Source: Felis catus (lineage: Eukaryota). From it: a DNA stretch of 64,000 bases. Shown piece by piece: positions 25,895 to 38,100 of the stretch. How positions within the stretch are numbered: position 1 is the first letter of the stretch; the number at the start of each line of letters is the position of its first letter. The stretch is from NCBI RefSeq assembly GCF_018350175.1, contig NC_058369.1, positions 22,570,001-22,634,000 of the forward strand. The letters are read 5' to 3'. The translations under genes and the position numbers were made by a program. Below the pieces are notes generated by a model. It ran no database searches and was not told the DNA's origin. It saw only the letters and a program-made list of their open reading frames with translations.

Positions 25895-26068
25895 CAGCCT
25901 TTTTTAATGGAAACTTTAGTGGCATTTGAGGAGGGACAATTACTAGTTCTGTGTCTACACTAAATGCCACTTGCTTCCCTACACTGTTACACCCCAAAAT
26001 AGCACCTGTCACCAAATATTTCTATATGTCCCCTGGGGTGGGTGATGGTACTTCTAAGGAACTGCTGA
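25895..26068. mobile_element. MER20-type hAT MITE remnant
   Basis: ggcatttgaggagggacaatt...cactaaatgcca...aaatatttctatatgtcccctgggg. Confidence 0.55.
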
Positions 26069-29000
26069 ACAAGCTCATCCTGAACTTTGATTCTGTCTGA
26101 CATCCTGTGTGGGTGGCAAAGTGGGGATCTAGCAGGGCAGTAAGACAAGGAATAGTTCACGGGGGCCCTCTACTCTTGAGATTCTGAGACAGCTTAATTT
26201 CCTCTGACTTAGAAGCTTCTTGGCCGCCACATATGGAGGAAGGAAGGAGTTTCCAACAAATGAAAACAGAAACGTGGTTCTGTTCTAAGGATGACTCTTT
26301 GTCCCCTAGTCACATTCTTGGAAGTTGATATATGATGTTCTCCTAGGACAATGGAGAGGTGACCATATGATCACTGGAAATACATTTGACCTCTATTCGT
26401 ATAACCTGAAGTATGCGGCTCAAAACAGGGAACCACAGAGAGAGGTGTCTTGAGTGCTCTGTTAAGAGAGGAGCCCAGGCACACAGACTGTAGCCTAGTT
26501 CCTGAAATCCTTGTTGCCCTGTTTGCCAAGAGCCATCCAGATGGGGAGGGGCTTTGTGCAAAACCCTTGGAATTTGCAGTGTGGATCCCTGTGGAGTTGG
26601 CTTTGTTTCCTTTCAGACTGTCTCAACATTTCAAACAGGCAGTCCAAGGCTGGAAATTTGACCATGGTGGACTTTTCTTTTCCAACTGGTGCTTTGTGGT
26701 CGTGAGGATCACTGGCAGCTTGAGTCCGTCATGTCCCTTTGCCCATTTATTCTCCTGAGCTTGACAGCCCTAAATTATAATGCCCCTTGCTGAATACCAT
26801 TAATCTTAAGCAAGCAACTTACTGCAAGTTATTAGCTGCTCACCTTGAAATCCTGTGAATAGAGAAGAAAATTACCCTACTGTCCAGAGCCCTTTATTAA
26901 TTGAATATGTGGTGGAAGAATACAGAGAGTGTCGTTAATTTTGAGAGATGAGAGTTTGTTGCCCCTTTTTATTTTTATTTTATCCCTGCATGTTCATCTA
27001 ATTAAATTATTTAAATTTGGTAATCTGGGGGAAGGTTTTCCTTTCTTCCCTGGCACCTTTCATTACAAGCATCCTCAGTGATGCCTCTGCCTCTGTGGTG
27101 CTTAATTTATAAAAGATGAATTTTGAAGAGTTTGTTGCATTTATCAGATAATTTTATGAACCTTTTGGAACATTTTTAATGAGTTTTTATGAGACTTTCT
27201 TTGACAATATTCTCAACATCTCTTTAGTGCAGAGAGATGAAGATTGCTAACTTAATGGTCTGAAAAATTCTGACATTTTTATTTACATTTGACTGATGAT
27301 AGATTTTTGGTCCTTTCTCCTATCAAAGATATCCTGATGAAAGTTAACATTTGGCAGAAGATTTTATGAGTTATTGCCTGCATTACTACTTATCTAGTAA
27401 GTTAGGTTTGGGGAAAAAAGTTGTGATTCAGTCTTTGGTCGAGAGGGAACGTTCTCATTCCCTTTATAGAATGAGCATTTCTACTTACACAGTGTGTCCT
27501 GTCTTTATGCTTAATTCTCTTGTGTTCTCATTGAGTTACTTCATCCCTTTAGTTATTGAGACAACTATGTTCACACTAGGTGGTAAGTTCTCTGACGGTG
27601 TTTAGGTGTTCCCAGACCAGGCACATAGTTGGTCCGCAGCAGAATGTTTTCAGTGAAGGTTTGTCAAATGAAAAAATGTATGATTTCCTTAACCCTGCCA
27701 AGGCACTGGTGTGTACCAGCTATCTGATTTGACCTGATACCTTCCACTTCTGACTATTCATCCCCAACTTTCTGCCCTTGTCTCATTAAGAAATGGCATC
27801 TTCCAGTGGATTCCTTACAGCCATGTAGCATTTGTTGTTGTTGTACATAGTGGAGTCTACGGAGATGTTCAGTGACAGCTCACATTTGGAAGAGAGTGTG
27901 TTCAAGATAATGGTAGAGCCTTGGTGAAGTTAAAGGAGGACTTGGTTCACGTCTGTGGGTTTTGATTAAATGCAGAGCCAACCTTTAGAAGCAGAGAGTA
28001 TGGGAGGCAAGGGATAGACCCTTGAGCTCATGTTGTTGTTCACTTTCCTTTGGTGGTGGGAATGGGTGCCCAGTGGAGTTAAAGTGGGACAGAGCTGCCC
28101 GGTGGTAGAGGGAAGGTCTCTCACTGGAGAGGCTCAGGCAGAAACTGGGATGGGAAGCCCATTTGGTTGTACCTGTTGTAAGAGGCTTCCGGTGTTGCCG
28201 TGAGGCAGTGTGGGGAGAGGGACTGGAGCAGAGGACCTTAAAGGATTCTCTTTTGCTTCTGAACAATTTGCTCAAGTTTTGCCTGATGAGAGGATGAGTA
28301 CTGGGTTTGCTGATGCTTCTTGGCCTTCACTGTTTACCTCTGTAAGTGGCAGCCTCTTTTTTGTGTTCTTCAATTCACTCTCTTCTCATTTACCCCAACC
28401 CCTTTCGTTCACTTCTTCCTTCTTTTTTTTAATCTTCGTTTCTCTCTCTTTCTCTCCTTTACTGTATTTTGCTTGTTAGTGAGCCCTTTAACAGAGCAAA
28501 TGTGAGACTGTTCTGTTTGACTCCTGGTGATTGAAGGAAGAGGTCTTGAGAAGGGGAAGGATTAAAGCAAGTGGGGAAAATGAGGTCAGTGGGAGCCTCC
28601 TGTACAGAATCTGGGACGCTGTAGGTTCTCTGTAAAGCCTTGTGCAATGAATGAATTTGTAGGTTTTATTCACTTGTAATGACATTATTTCACATTTGCA
28701 TCATGGCAAGTACATTTTGTTTTGTTAATTCATGCGAACATACCCTATGAATCTTCTTCCGGATGGGGGGTGCTTTTCTTATAAAATGGGAAGATCAGTG
28801 AATACTCTAGAGGTGATGCTGAACAAGTTGGGATGATTTGGGGTGGAAGTTGTTTGTGGTTTTAAGTGGAGAGCCCAGATTTGGAATGCAGGGATGCTCA
28901 CCTCCCACGATGCTGTGGGTGCTGAGAAGCCACTTTATGAAGGCTGGCTTAATTCCGTTTACAATCAAAATGAAATTCCAGGCCTGTTTGCCAAGGTCTG

Positions 29001-31014
29001 CGGCCTTCTCAGCATTCCTGCCCGCGTTGCTGTGGTTGGCCCGGGAGCACCTGGCCAAGGCCATACTTCTAGCGCATGATTGTTGACTCTCTGGAGTTTG
29101 CTTATGCAAATGAATTCACAAATTGATGCAAAGGAGAAATGAAGGAAAGACCCCATCTGGTGGCCTGGGCCAGCACTCTGTAGAGTCCAGGGGCTCAGCA
29201 GAGCAGACTTTGGGGGCCTTACCTACTTTAATGTTCAGCGTCAGGAAGTCTGATGTTACAAGCACTGCTTCCCTGCGGCTTGATTCTGAATAGTCACCGC
29301 CTTGCCGGCATGTTCTTCTGTGCATTGGCCTGAAATTCCCTCTTAATTTTGTATACATAGTGTCATGTCCAAGACTGAGATTGAAATAGACGTTTCAGGA
29401 CCGTCAGGAACATGGTCAGCAATAAGCTTCAAAACCATCAGAGGGCAAGTTGCCTGTTATGGGAGATTGTAAGCTGGTGGTACACAATAGTTGTAAGCTG
29501 TTGGTGTGCTCTCACAACACACTAAGTGTTACTGGTCTTAAAAATACAAAACTGAAAGGCTAAAAGACAAAACAAACAAAAAGAGTTCTTCAGATTTCAG
29601 CAGAAGTATCAAGACTGAAAAATAGTCAGTGTCTGATCCTCAACCTGTAAAGACAGTAGCAGCCTATGTGAGAGGGTGGTGCTCTCTGGGTGGCAGGGCC
29701 AGAGACACGCCCAGCTCAAGTAAAGGGGGTTTATTTTTAGGATATAGAGCTGTTTCCTAGATGCTAAAAGCTGAAAATGATGCCTCATGGTCTGTGGAAA
29801 TGGATTAGGACCCAAGTTACACTTTGCTCAGCAGGCCACGGTCTCTCGTTTCTGATTCTCTTTCGTGCGTTCATCTTATTTTATGGTTAATTATTACACT
29901 TTTGCTACATGCTGGACACTTGCCTACTAGGAGCGTCTAGTCTATTAAAAAAAAACAAAATAAATACATAAAATTTTGAAATTAAATTGTGACTGATGCA
30001 ATAAAGGAAGTGGAACAGTGACAGAGAGTGAGCGTGTGTGTGCGTGTGCATGTGTGGTGGTGTATTGTGAGGAGATGTGTTTCTTATATAAGGTGGTGAA
30101 GGAAGACCTCTCTCTGAGGAGGGGACAGCTCAGCCAAGATTGGAATGATGAGAATGAGCTCTCCTAGTCAAAGCCAGGGAGAAGGTGGTCTGGGAATAGC
30201 CACAGGTTTTGCTTAGAGACCCGGTGAGAAGGGGATCTGGACAGTCTGCCCTTCACACAGAGGTTTTCATGTTGTATTCATTAGGAGCAGAAGCTTTCGG
30301 ATTCCTAGTAAAAAATAGATTATGAATAAAATGCAAAGCACAATTAAAATTTAAACAACACGATGAACGACATGATAAAAAATAGTCCTTATACAGATAA
30401 ATCTTAATGACCGGATTTGAGGGCACCCTGAGGCACCGTTTGGAACTTAAGAATATTGTTGCTGTGAACTTCCTCTGTACTGATACTTTTGCTCTAAGAG
30501 AGTCAAGAAGTGTTCCTCTCTCTTCCCTCTTCCTTGCTGTTCACCAATATTGCCCAAGGGCAGATCAGTGAGTAAACCTTTCTTGCATTGGAATCAATTT
30601 TGTTCAGTAAAAGCTTTTTATATGAAGTCTGGCAAGTGTACATTTTAAAGCTTCTATTCAACTTAAGAAACCAAATTTTTGTCAAACTTCAACTCAGCTG
30701 GAAAGAGGAGTAGATTTTATTTTTGCCGTCAATGGATTTCAGAATTTCTCTTGGCTTTGTCATATATTTTAAATTAAAAGAAAAAAGGATAGATGGAGTA
30801 ATTTTATCAAAGCCTTAGACCAAATAATCAGAGACTTTATATATTGACGGAAAGACTTTGGACAGGTGATCTGACAGAGTGGTTGGAGTGAGAGCCAAAA
30901 TTCCTAAAGGACCTTACAGTTGTGGAGCTTTGATGATTCTCTATTTTAGGCATGTTTGTGCAACTGTTTCAGAAGCCTTTTGTTTACTTTTTAAGGAATA
31001 TAGCCATTTCTTAG

Positions 31015-31607
31015 TGATGTGGTTTCAAGTGTTGGGGCTTGGAACTGATGGCCAAGAAAGAATACTTGAGTCATCTTTGGTACAAAGAGGTGGTTTTATT
31101 AAAGCACAGGGACAGGACCCGTGGGCAGAAAGAGCTGCCCTGAGCTCGTGATGGCTGGCTGATTATATACCTTCAAGTTGGAAGGGAGTTAGGGATAGTG
31201 TAAGTCTCTAAGGTATTTTGGAAACAAGGTTTCCAGGACCTTGAGGAGCTAGCTACTGTTAGGAAAAGGTCATTTCTTACTGTTTAGTGAGTAAAAACTC
31301 AGTCATAAGACCCTTCAAATGTATATCAGGGGGCCATAAACTTGGAGTGTGATTGCCAGCATCTACCTTGGGGGAATTGAGATAAAGGAAGTTTCCAAGG
31401 GAATTTTTATATGTTAAAGTAGACTTACAGGATCCTGGAGGTTGGGATAATGTTAAGCTAAGATCACCTTTTGCCCTTAGCAAAGTGTCATCATTGAGGC
31501 AGCAGAGTTTCCAGAGGAAGGTCACTCTGCCTGTCTCAAGGACTTGTCAGTGGGCTGTAGGCAGTAAGGAAATTTAATTTTTTCTATTGCCTTTGTTTCC
31601 CACATCA
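31015..31607 (-). mobile_element. Intact 593-bp ERV1-class solo LTR
   Basis: TG...CA ends with an 8-bp terminal inverted repeat (tgatgtgg...ccacatca); 4-bp TSD ttag (31011-31014, 31608-31611); minus-strand TATATAA (31163-31169) and AATAAA (31095-31100). Confidence 0.9.
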
Positions 31608-32022
31608 TTAGAAACAGCTAAATGTTGAATGAAGTTACTTTGGGAGACTTCTGTGAATTCTGTAATTGTAACATACACTTTGATGTTTGTCAGGAGATAC
31701 CAATTAGTTTGCTGTGTGTGAGTGATGTTGAGTTACTGTGAAAGAAGTCCCAGAAAGATCTTTAGTCATTCTTAAACTGAGGCCTTACTCATTCTTACTC
31801 TGGGGCTCTAGGGTATATTCCGGAAGCCCTGTAGTCTTTGTGGTTGTAATTTCTTGGGGGCAAGGCTAATTCCTGGTAGTGGGACAGTTCATGCCAGGAT
31901 GTATTTCCTCTGGCAGAGGTCATTCTGACATGTACGCACATTGTTATCAGAGAGGAAGGGCAGGTTGTTTACAAATTTATGTTGGGAAGGAACATTTTTC
32001 TATTGCTCTTCAATATTCTTTT

Positions 32023-32647
32023 TTTTAAATATAATTTATTGTCAAACTGGTTTCCATACGGCACCCAGTGCTCATCCTGACAAGGCCCTCCTCTCTACCC
32101 ATCACCTACTTTCCCCTCTCCCCCACCCCCCGTCTACCCTTAGTTTGTTCTCAGTCCTTAAGAGTCTCTTATGGTTTGCCTCCCTCCGTCTCTGTAGCTT
32201 TGTATTGGAAGAATAAATATTGTTAAAATGTCAATACTACCCAAAGCAATCTACCGATTCAACGCGACGCCAATCAAAATTGCACCAGCATTCTTCTCAA
32301 AGCTAGACCAAACAATCCTAAAACTTGTATGGAACCATAAAAGACACTGAATAGCCAAATTAATATTGAAGAAGAAAACCAGAATGAGAGGCATCACAAT
32401 CCCAGACTTTAGCCTCTACTACAAGGCTGTAATTATCAAGACAGTATGGTATTGACACAAAAACAGACACATATACCAATGGAATAGAATAGAGACCCCA
32501 GAATTGGACCCACGAATGTATAGCCAGCTAATCTTTGACAAAGCAGGAAAGAGTATCCAGTGGAAAAAGAACAGTCTCTTTAACAAATGGTGCTGGGAGA
32601 ACTGGACAGCAACAGACAGAAGAATGAAACTAGACCACTTTCTTACA
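32023..32647. mobile_element. 5'-inverted, internally deleted L1 insertion
   Basis: Perfect 16-bp TSD tcttcaatattctttt (32007-32022, 32648-32663); 3' UTR on minus (32023-~32200) joined to an ORF2 piece on plus (~32201-32647). Confidence 0.92.
32204..32647 (+). pseudogene. L1 ORF2p fragment (region downstream of the RT core), dead
   Basis: One frame translates [25 protein letters not shown]...[17 protein letters not shown]...[10 protein letters not shown]...KLDHFLT; 148 codons, two TGA stops, no frameshift. Confidence 0.93.
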
Positions 32648-33450
32648 TCTTCAATATTCTTTTAGCTGGTTTAAGAATCAAACTGACATGAGACATATTA
32701 ACAGGAGAGAATCAAACGAAAGTTTAATAACATACATGGGAGAGACCCAGGAAAACTGAGGAACTCCCAAATAGCTGAGGCCATCACCTTAAATACCATC
32801 CTCAGCTAAAGACAAAAAAAGATGTTGTGAGTACAGAGTCAGAAACAGGAGGTTACCAGGAAAAGCACAGTAAACAAGGATAAGGTTGTTACTCAGATTT
32901 AAGTCCTTGCCTATTCCACTGATAAGAGTTTCTCGAGATTTAGAATCATCCCCCTCTTCCTAGTGCAAGAGAGAGATATCCTTACAAATGGAGATTTCCT
33001 TTATACATGTAAATGTGTCTTACAAAAGGTAACTTCTATACCCAGTTTTCTGAGTTTCTCTTGTATTGATAGTTTCTTAAAAATAACCAGCTTAACATAA
33101 CCAATATGCCAAGTAGGCCTATTTTGGGGTGGCAACATTTGCTCCCCAACACCACATTCTAGATGTGAGGTGTTTTATGTCCAAAACTATTGAAGAAATG
33201 GTCAGCTAAATTGAAGGTTAATTAAAGACACTCAGAAGTCTCTTGGCACTTAGAAGCACAAATGGTTAGGTAGGATGGACTCACAAACAGCTCGAAGGCT
33301 TAAAACATGCAGGCTGCCAGCCAGAGTTTGAGGAGAGAGCTCTTTCTCTGCACTTCTGAATGTTTAGCCAGTGTGGTCAACGACTGTTGGTTGTTGAAGA
33401 AATGGCATGTTACTTCCACGAGTCTTTGCATTGAAATTTGAATTATTCTA

Positions 33451-33558
33451 GAGGTGCCCAGCTGGCTTAGTTGGAAGAGCATGTGACTCTTGATCTTGAG
33501 ATTGTTTGAGCCCTTTGTTGGGTATAGAGATTACATAAAAATAAAATCTTTAAAAAAT
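33451..33558 (+). mobile_element. Short old carnivore SINE (SINEC_old-like, tRNA-Lys derived)
   Basis: tggcttagttggaagagcatgtgactcttgatctt...agagattac...AATAAAATCTTT; TSD tttgaattattcta (33437-33450, 33559-33572). Confidence 0.9.
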
Positions 33559-34407
33559 TTTGAATTATTCTAGGCTGAAATCCTGGCTTGTATCTCTCCC
33601 TATGCATCTGTCTGTCTATTCCTCCTTCTCTCTTTCTGTCCATCTGCCTCTCTCTTCTGTTCTCATCTGTTTGCCTCTCTAACACTCATTTCTGTCTGTT
33701 GTTGGCTGTCCTTCCTCAACCAGAGTCCAGAGAGGATCCTTCCTCCTCTCCCATATCCTTTGTGTGGTCAATGAGAAAGCTCCCTCTTGCTTCCACTAAC
33801 GACTTACTTTTTTGAGAAAGCATCATTGGTCCATCAGACATTCCCACTGCTCCCATGCCTTTGCACAGCAAAGCGATCCTGCAGTTCTGCCCCCCAGTGC
33901 CTCTCTTCAGGCATTCTCTGCCTCCACTCTTCCTTTCCAAATGCAGTCGATGCCTTTACACTCCTTGGGCTGCCAATGTAAATCCACGTTGAAAGGTGTT
34001 TATTTACTTTGGCAGAAAACCTGTTATTTATGTCAGGCCCCTGTGCTTGTTTTCCATTGAGCCTTTGACACGTAGTCTTTGGCAAACCCTGGTCCTACAC
34101 ATAGTACAGCTTGTGTGTTGAAATATTATGGGGTTTTCCTCTTTGGACCCTAGATGTTGACCTCCTCTCCATACTTTGTACAATAAAGGGTGGTCTCATT
34201 GTTAGTATGGTCCTTCATAAATATCGGTGAAGGTGATGTAAACCCAGCCGGGCAAAGCTTTTGGTACCTAATTGTGGGCTTAATACCTAATGGTATTAGG
34301 TACATGGAGAAAGTGGCTACGAATTCTATATTTTTTGCACATGAAAACCTCATTTCTAGAATGAAATGAGAATAAAAACCTTTATTTCTAGAATACAAGT
34401 TTGTACA

Positions 34408-34477
34408 TTAGGTTGAAACTTGCAATTGCCAATATTTTTGACCCATAAAAATGGTAATTTCATACAGATCAACCTAG
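34408..34477. mobile_element. MADE2-like mariner MITE
   Basis: ttaggttga...tcaacctag inverted termini; internal aattgcc / ggtaatt symmetry. Confidence 0.8.
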
Positions 34478-35423
34478 TAGTATTGAATGAATAGGGAGAA
34501 TGAGCCTCGTTTAAAAGGATTCCCTATTTTCTATTTTCATGAATTCGTTTATTCGGGACACACCCATGGAGCGCATTTCTTATTCTAAACATTTTGGTAG
34601 GTGTTGTGGTTACAAAAAGAGATGGAGTCTGTCCCCTGCCCTCTACCCAGGAGGACCACGTTCAACTCACTCTGGTCCAGCTGTCAGGGGTGCTGAGGAA
34701 AGTCTCTGTGTGCTGAGGGCACGGTGGGGTGACTGTCTCCATTTGCCACAGACTGTCCCAGTTTTAATTGAAAGTCCTGGGGAAATGGATCATATTCCTG
34801 TAGGGCGTGAGGGCGGGGTTGTGGAGTGGCAGTTATATTTCTGTGCAAAAAAAGGACAACTCTGTGATTAAAGAAGTTTAGGAGTAGAAACGAAGCCCAC
34901 CCCCTCCAACCAGGGAGAGTTCAAAAGCATATTAGGAAAATAAAGGCTCTGTGAAGTCTCAGTGGGGAAAGCTGTTTAATTTGTTTAACCGAGATTTCTA
35001 ACTTATTTGACTTGGGAACTCTTTTTATATTTAACATCCTGTGAACATCTTTGTGTTCTCCCCTCTTTGTCCTTTGGGGGAAAATGGCATCATTCTCTGT
35101 CCTAAAGTGCACATTATTGCCTTATATTATTAGTCTTATCCATGATTCGGGCAACAATTAGTATTTAAATAGCCCATCACAAGAAAATGTAATAATAATG
35201 CAGTCTTGGGATTAAAAGGTTTTTCAGAAGGGTTGCTAATGTGCTGTGGAGGGTCGTGAGTTACCGCAAGGCTATTTTTTCTGGCTGACACACACAGAGT
35301 CTGGCTGGCTGCTCACCTCTTTCTGCAAGTGGGTTTTTTGCACTGAAGGCTGAACCAAGTTGTTATGGAAACAGAAATGGTCTCCCCTGCCTGAGAACAG
35401 CGCCTTGCTAATAATTAGAGAGC

Positions 35424-35471
35424 ATGGCTGAGCAAACTTTAGTGGAAATGATTAATCTTTGCAAAGAGCAG
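35424..35471 (+). CDS. Candidate alternative first coding exon (MAEQTLVEMINLCKEQ), unverified
   Basis: Strong Kozak (AGCATGG), 16 open codons, strong phase-0 donor CAG|GTAAGC; lies in non-repeat sequence; peptide not recognised. Confidence 0.3.
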
Positions 35472-35664
35472 GTAAGCCTCAAAGATTGAACAGGTGTTTT
35501 TTGGCCTTTGCACTTGACAGCCCTAGAAAATTTTAATTTGGAAATACCCGATCAAGTTCAGGCTTTGAGTCTTTCCTTACTTCAAAAAGGAAAGTCATTC
35601 TTTAATATTATGGTAATTGGCTTTTAAAATTAAACATTTTAAAGGCATCTCTTAAGCCTATAGA

Positions 35665-35810
35665 GTTTCTCAGAAGGTTTGCAACCTTCTTCCAGCTTGT
35701 GAAAATGCAGATTCCAGCTCCTCTCCAGACCCGCCGAGTCAGACGTCTTGGGGAAGTCTCAGAATTCAATTCTGTAACAAGCCCTCTAGCCAAGTTCAGC
35801 GCTTGCTCAC
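35665..35810. mobile_element. MER5A-type hAT MITE remnant
   Basis: tgaaaatgcagattcc...ccagaccc...gagtcaga...taacaagccctc. Confidence 0.6.
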
Positions 35811-35828
35811 TAGAGTTAGCTTTGTTCC

Positions 35829-36000
35829 AGGCTAGGGCAGACTTTCTCTAGAAAGGGCCGGGTAGTAAATGGTTTAGGCTTTGCAACTCTATCATTGTAG
35901 CATGACAGCAGCCCTTAACAGTCCATAGAGTAATGGGCGTGGCTGTGTTTCGGTTCACTCTACGTCAGGCGCTGGCGGATTTGGCCCTTAGCTGTCATTT

Positions 36001-36049
<49 letters not shown>

Positions 36050-36290
36050 TTTTTCAACGTTTATTTATTTTTGGGACAGAGAGAGACAGAGCATGAACGG
36101 GCGAGGGGCAGAGAGAGAGAGAGGGAGACACAGAATCGGAAACAGGCTCCAGGCTCTGAGCCATCAGCCCAGAGCCTGACGCGGGGCTCGAACTCACGGA
36201 CCGTGAGATCGTGACCTGGCTGAAGTCGGACGCTTAACCGACTGCGCCACCCAGGCGCCCCCCTTAGCTGTCATTTGTACCGACCCTTGC
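35829..36290. mobile_element. MER58A-type hAT MITE, split by a young SINE
   Basis: aaagggccgggtagtaaatggtttaggctttgc...atgggcgtggctgtgtt...ggatttggccc. Confidence 0.75.
36003..36261 (-). mobile_element. Very young felid Can-SINE (SINEC_Fc-like) with a long pure poly(A) tail
   Basis: T39 at 36002-36040; CpGs intact; perfect 17-bp TSD ccttagctgtcatttgt (35986-36002, 36262-36278). Confidence 0.98.
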
Positions 36291-37889
36291 TCCAGGATCT
36301 GTGGAGTGCTGCACCCGTAAGGGGACTCCTGCTTTCGACGGTGTCTGTGCTGAGAGTTAACCACTCGTCCCGATACCCACTTCAGTCCGGCCTGGAGATG
36401 GGCAAAAGGAGAATGTGCCTTTGGTGGGGTTTGTGGGGAGGGAATGATAAATGATTTGCTGGTTGGGTTCTGATGACCACATTTGCCGAGATGAGTTTTG
36501 AAGTGGGTCAGGAGTCTCCTTGCCACTCATCCTAACTGTGGATAAGGTGATTTCCTGGTTGCGGGGCTAGAATGGAAGTGAACAGATGAACTTGAATCTG
36601 TTTTGAAGAAAAGCCTCAGGTTTTTCTTAAAGGAGCAGACAGATGTTTGGCGTTGGCAGGGGGGCTAGTTTGAGAGGTACCGTTTCCCTTCTTGTTCTCT
36701 GCCCCACTGGCTGCTTCTGTCCCTTCTGAGGGATTTCCTGCTCTGTCTCTTGGACCTGGCCTTCGGAGCCAGGCAGACCCTCTCCACCCTCAGAACTGGA
36801 TTTGTGTCTGTGCCCCTATTTCAGAGAACATTGAACTCTTCTTCGGGGGTGCACATAAGTCCAGCAGTGTGAGTTTTCCTTGCTGTTTTCACATACTGCC
36901 ATGGTACGCTCTGTGTTATGTCTGTCGCAGCTAAGTTTTCATTGTGTTTAGAAGGCTTTTGATGTGACGGGGTCCTGTTCTCTTGGTGTTAGTCCTGAGC
37001 ACTAGAGAATGTACTGTTGCGTGCTTCCTTGTGTTATGCTGGGTGTGGGGTTTGACTGTCCCAGCCGCATACATCCAACCAGACTCTGAGCTTTCCTGCT
37101 TCCAGGAAACAGTATTCTGTTTTTCCAAATAGTTTGCTTCAAGTTTTCTTTTTATGCCTTTAAGGAAGAAATTGCTCCTTTGGACCACAGCCATGAATGC
37201 ATGGGCTAATGCGGCTTTCAGAGTGTGTTTCTGTTCACATCCCTGAAGCCCCGCTCCTTTGTGTTGTAGCAATCCCTTGCTATTATCTTATTTTCTGATT
37301 TCCTTTGAAGGGGTAATGATGGTGGCCAATTTGTGCATTTTATGAGGTTTTAATTCCGTTACGCTCCCACGGCAGCTGGAAACATAATGGCACACACACC
37401 TGAGTTATTCTGTTTGATTCAGCCTTAAAATCTGTTTCCCACATGATTTCAGTCTGTATATTATGGTGTCATTAGCTTGTGTAGCTTTGCGATGTCATTG
37501 TCATCTCGTGTTATCAAATACAAGAACATTTTCTTTTGATATATTTATACCCACTTCCAAAACTAGTTTGCATTCATGTATCACAAAGCGATTTAAAGAC
37601 TTCTCTAGTTCATTGTTTATTTTTTCAAAAACTTTGCCTTTTATATATTTTTAAAATAGGAACGTTTATGCTATGCATCTGTTATATGTCATTTTCTCTC
37701 TTGATGAAAAATTTTTTTCTTTCCACTATATTTTTACGTTTCATCCAGAAAATATTTACACATTTCTTTGGGCAACAAATGTCCCTCCGCTCATTTACAT
37801 AGACTTTTGTTTAACCTGTTCTGTAGAGGTAGTGTTTTCTCCTGTGGTTGGAAGCCTTTGGGGTGAGCATTGCCACAACCTGGTGAGGG

Positions 37890-38100
37890 CTTAGGAGGCT
37901 GGTAGTCAGGAGTCAGAAGGGTCTGGGTTCTCAGGGTAGCCCGGACTCCCTGCCTGAGTTACCTGTAGCCCAAGGCCCCATCTCTGCAACAGCACAGGTG
38001 ATAGTACCTTTCTGGGAGGGGGTTGTATCGCATGCATGTAAAACGTTAGCATGTGCCTGCCAGAGAGCCAGTGTCCTAGAAGCAGGAGCTGTTACCATGA
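37890..38100 (+). mobile_element. MIR SINE remnant
   Basis: ggagtcagaagggtctgggttc...catctctgcaac...ggtgatagtacct...gcatgtaaaacgttagcatgtgcctg. Confidence 0.6.

Larger units (their letters stand above)
31942..33151 (-). mobile_element. MER34-like ERV1 solo LTR, interrupted by an inverted L1
   Basis: tgtt...aaca termini; minus-strand start tgttggggagcaaatgttgccaccccaaaata resembles the MER34 5' end; cacat lies near both ends. Confidence 0.75.

Noticed and set aside
25918..25971. 10-bp inverted repeat agtggcattt / aaatgccact
   Set aside because: Lies inside a MER20-type MITE; short stem with a long loop
26760..26772. 13-mer cttgacagcccta repeated at 35513-35525
   Set aside because: About 30 exact 13-mer pairs are expected at random in 64 kb (64000^2/2/4^13)
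33451..33525. tRNA-like sequence
   Set aside because: SINE head with AATAAA tail and TSD; degenerate, so not a functional tRNA gene. The same applies to all Can-SINE heads
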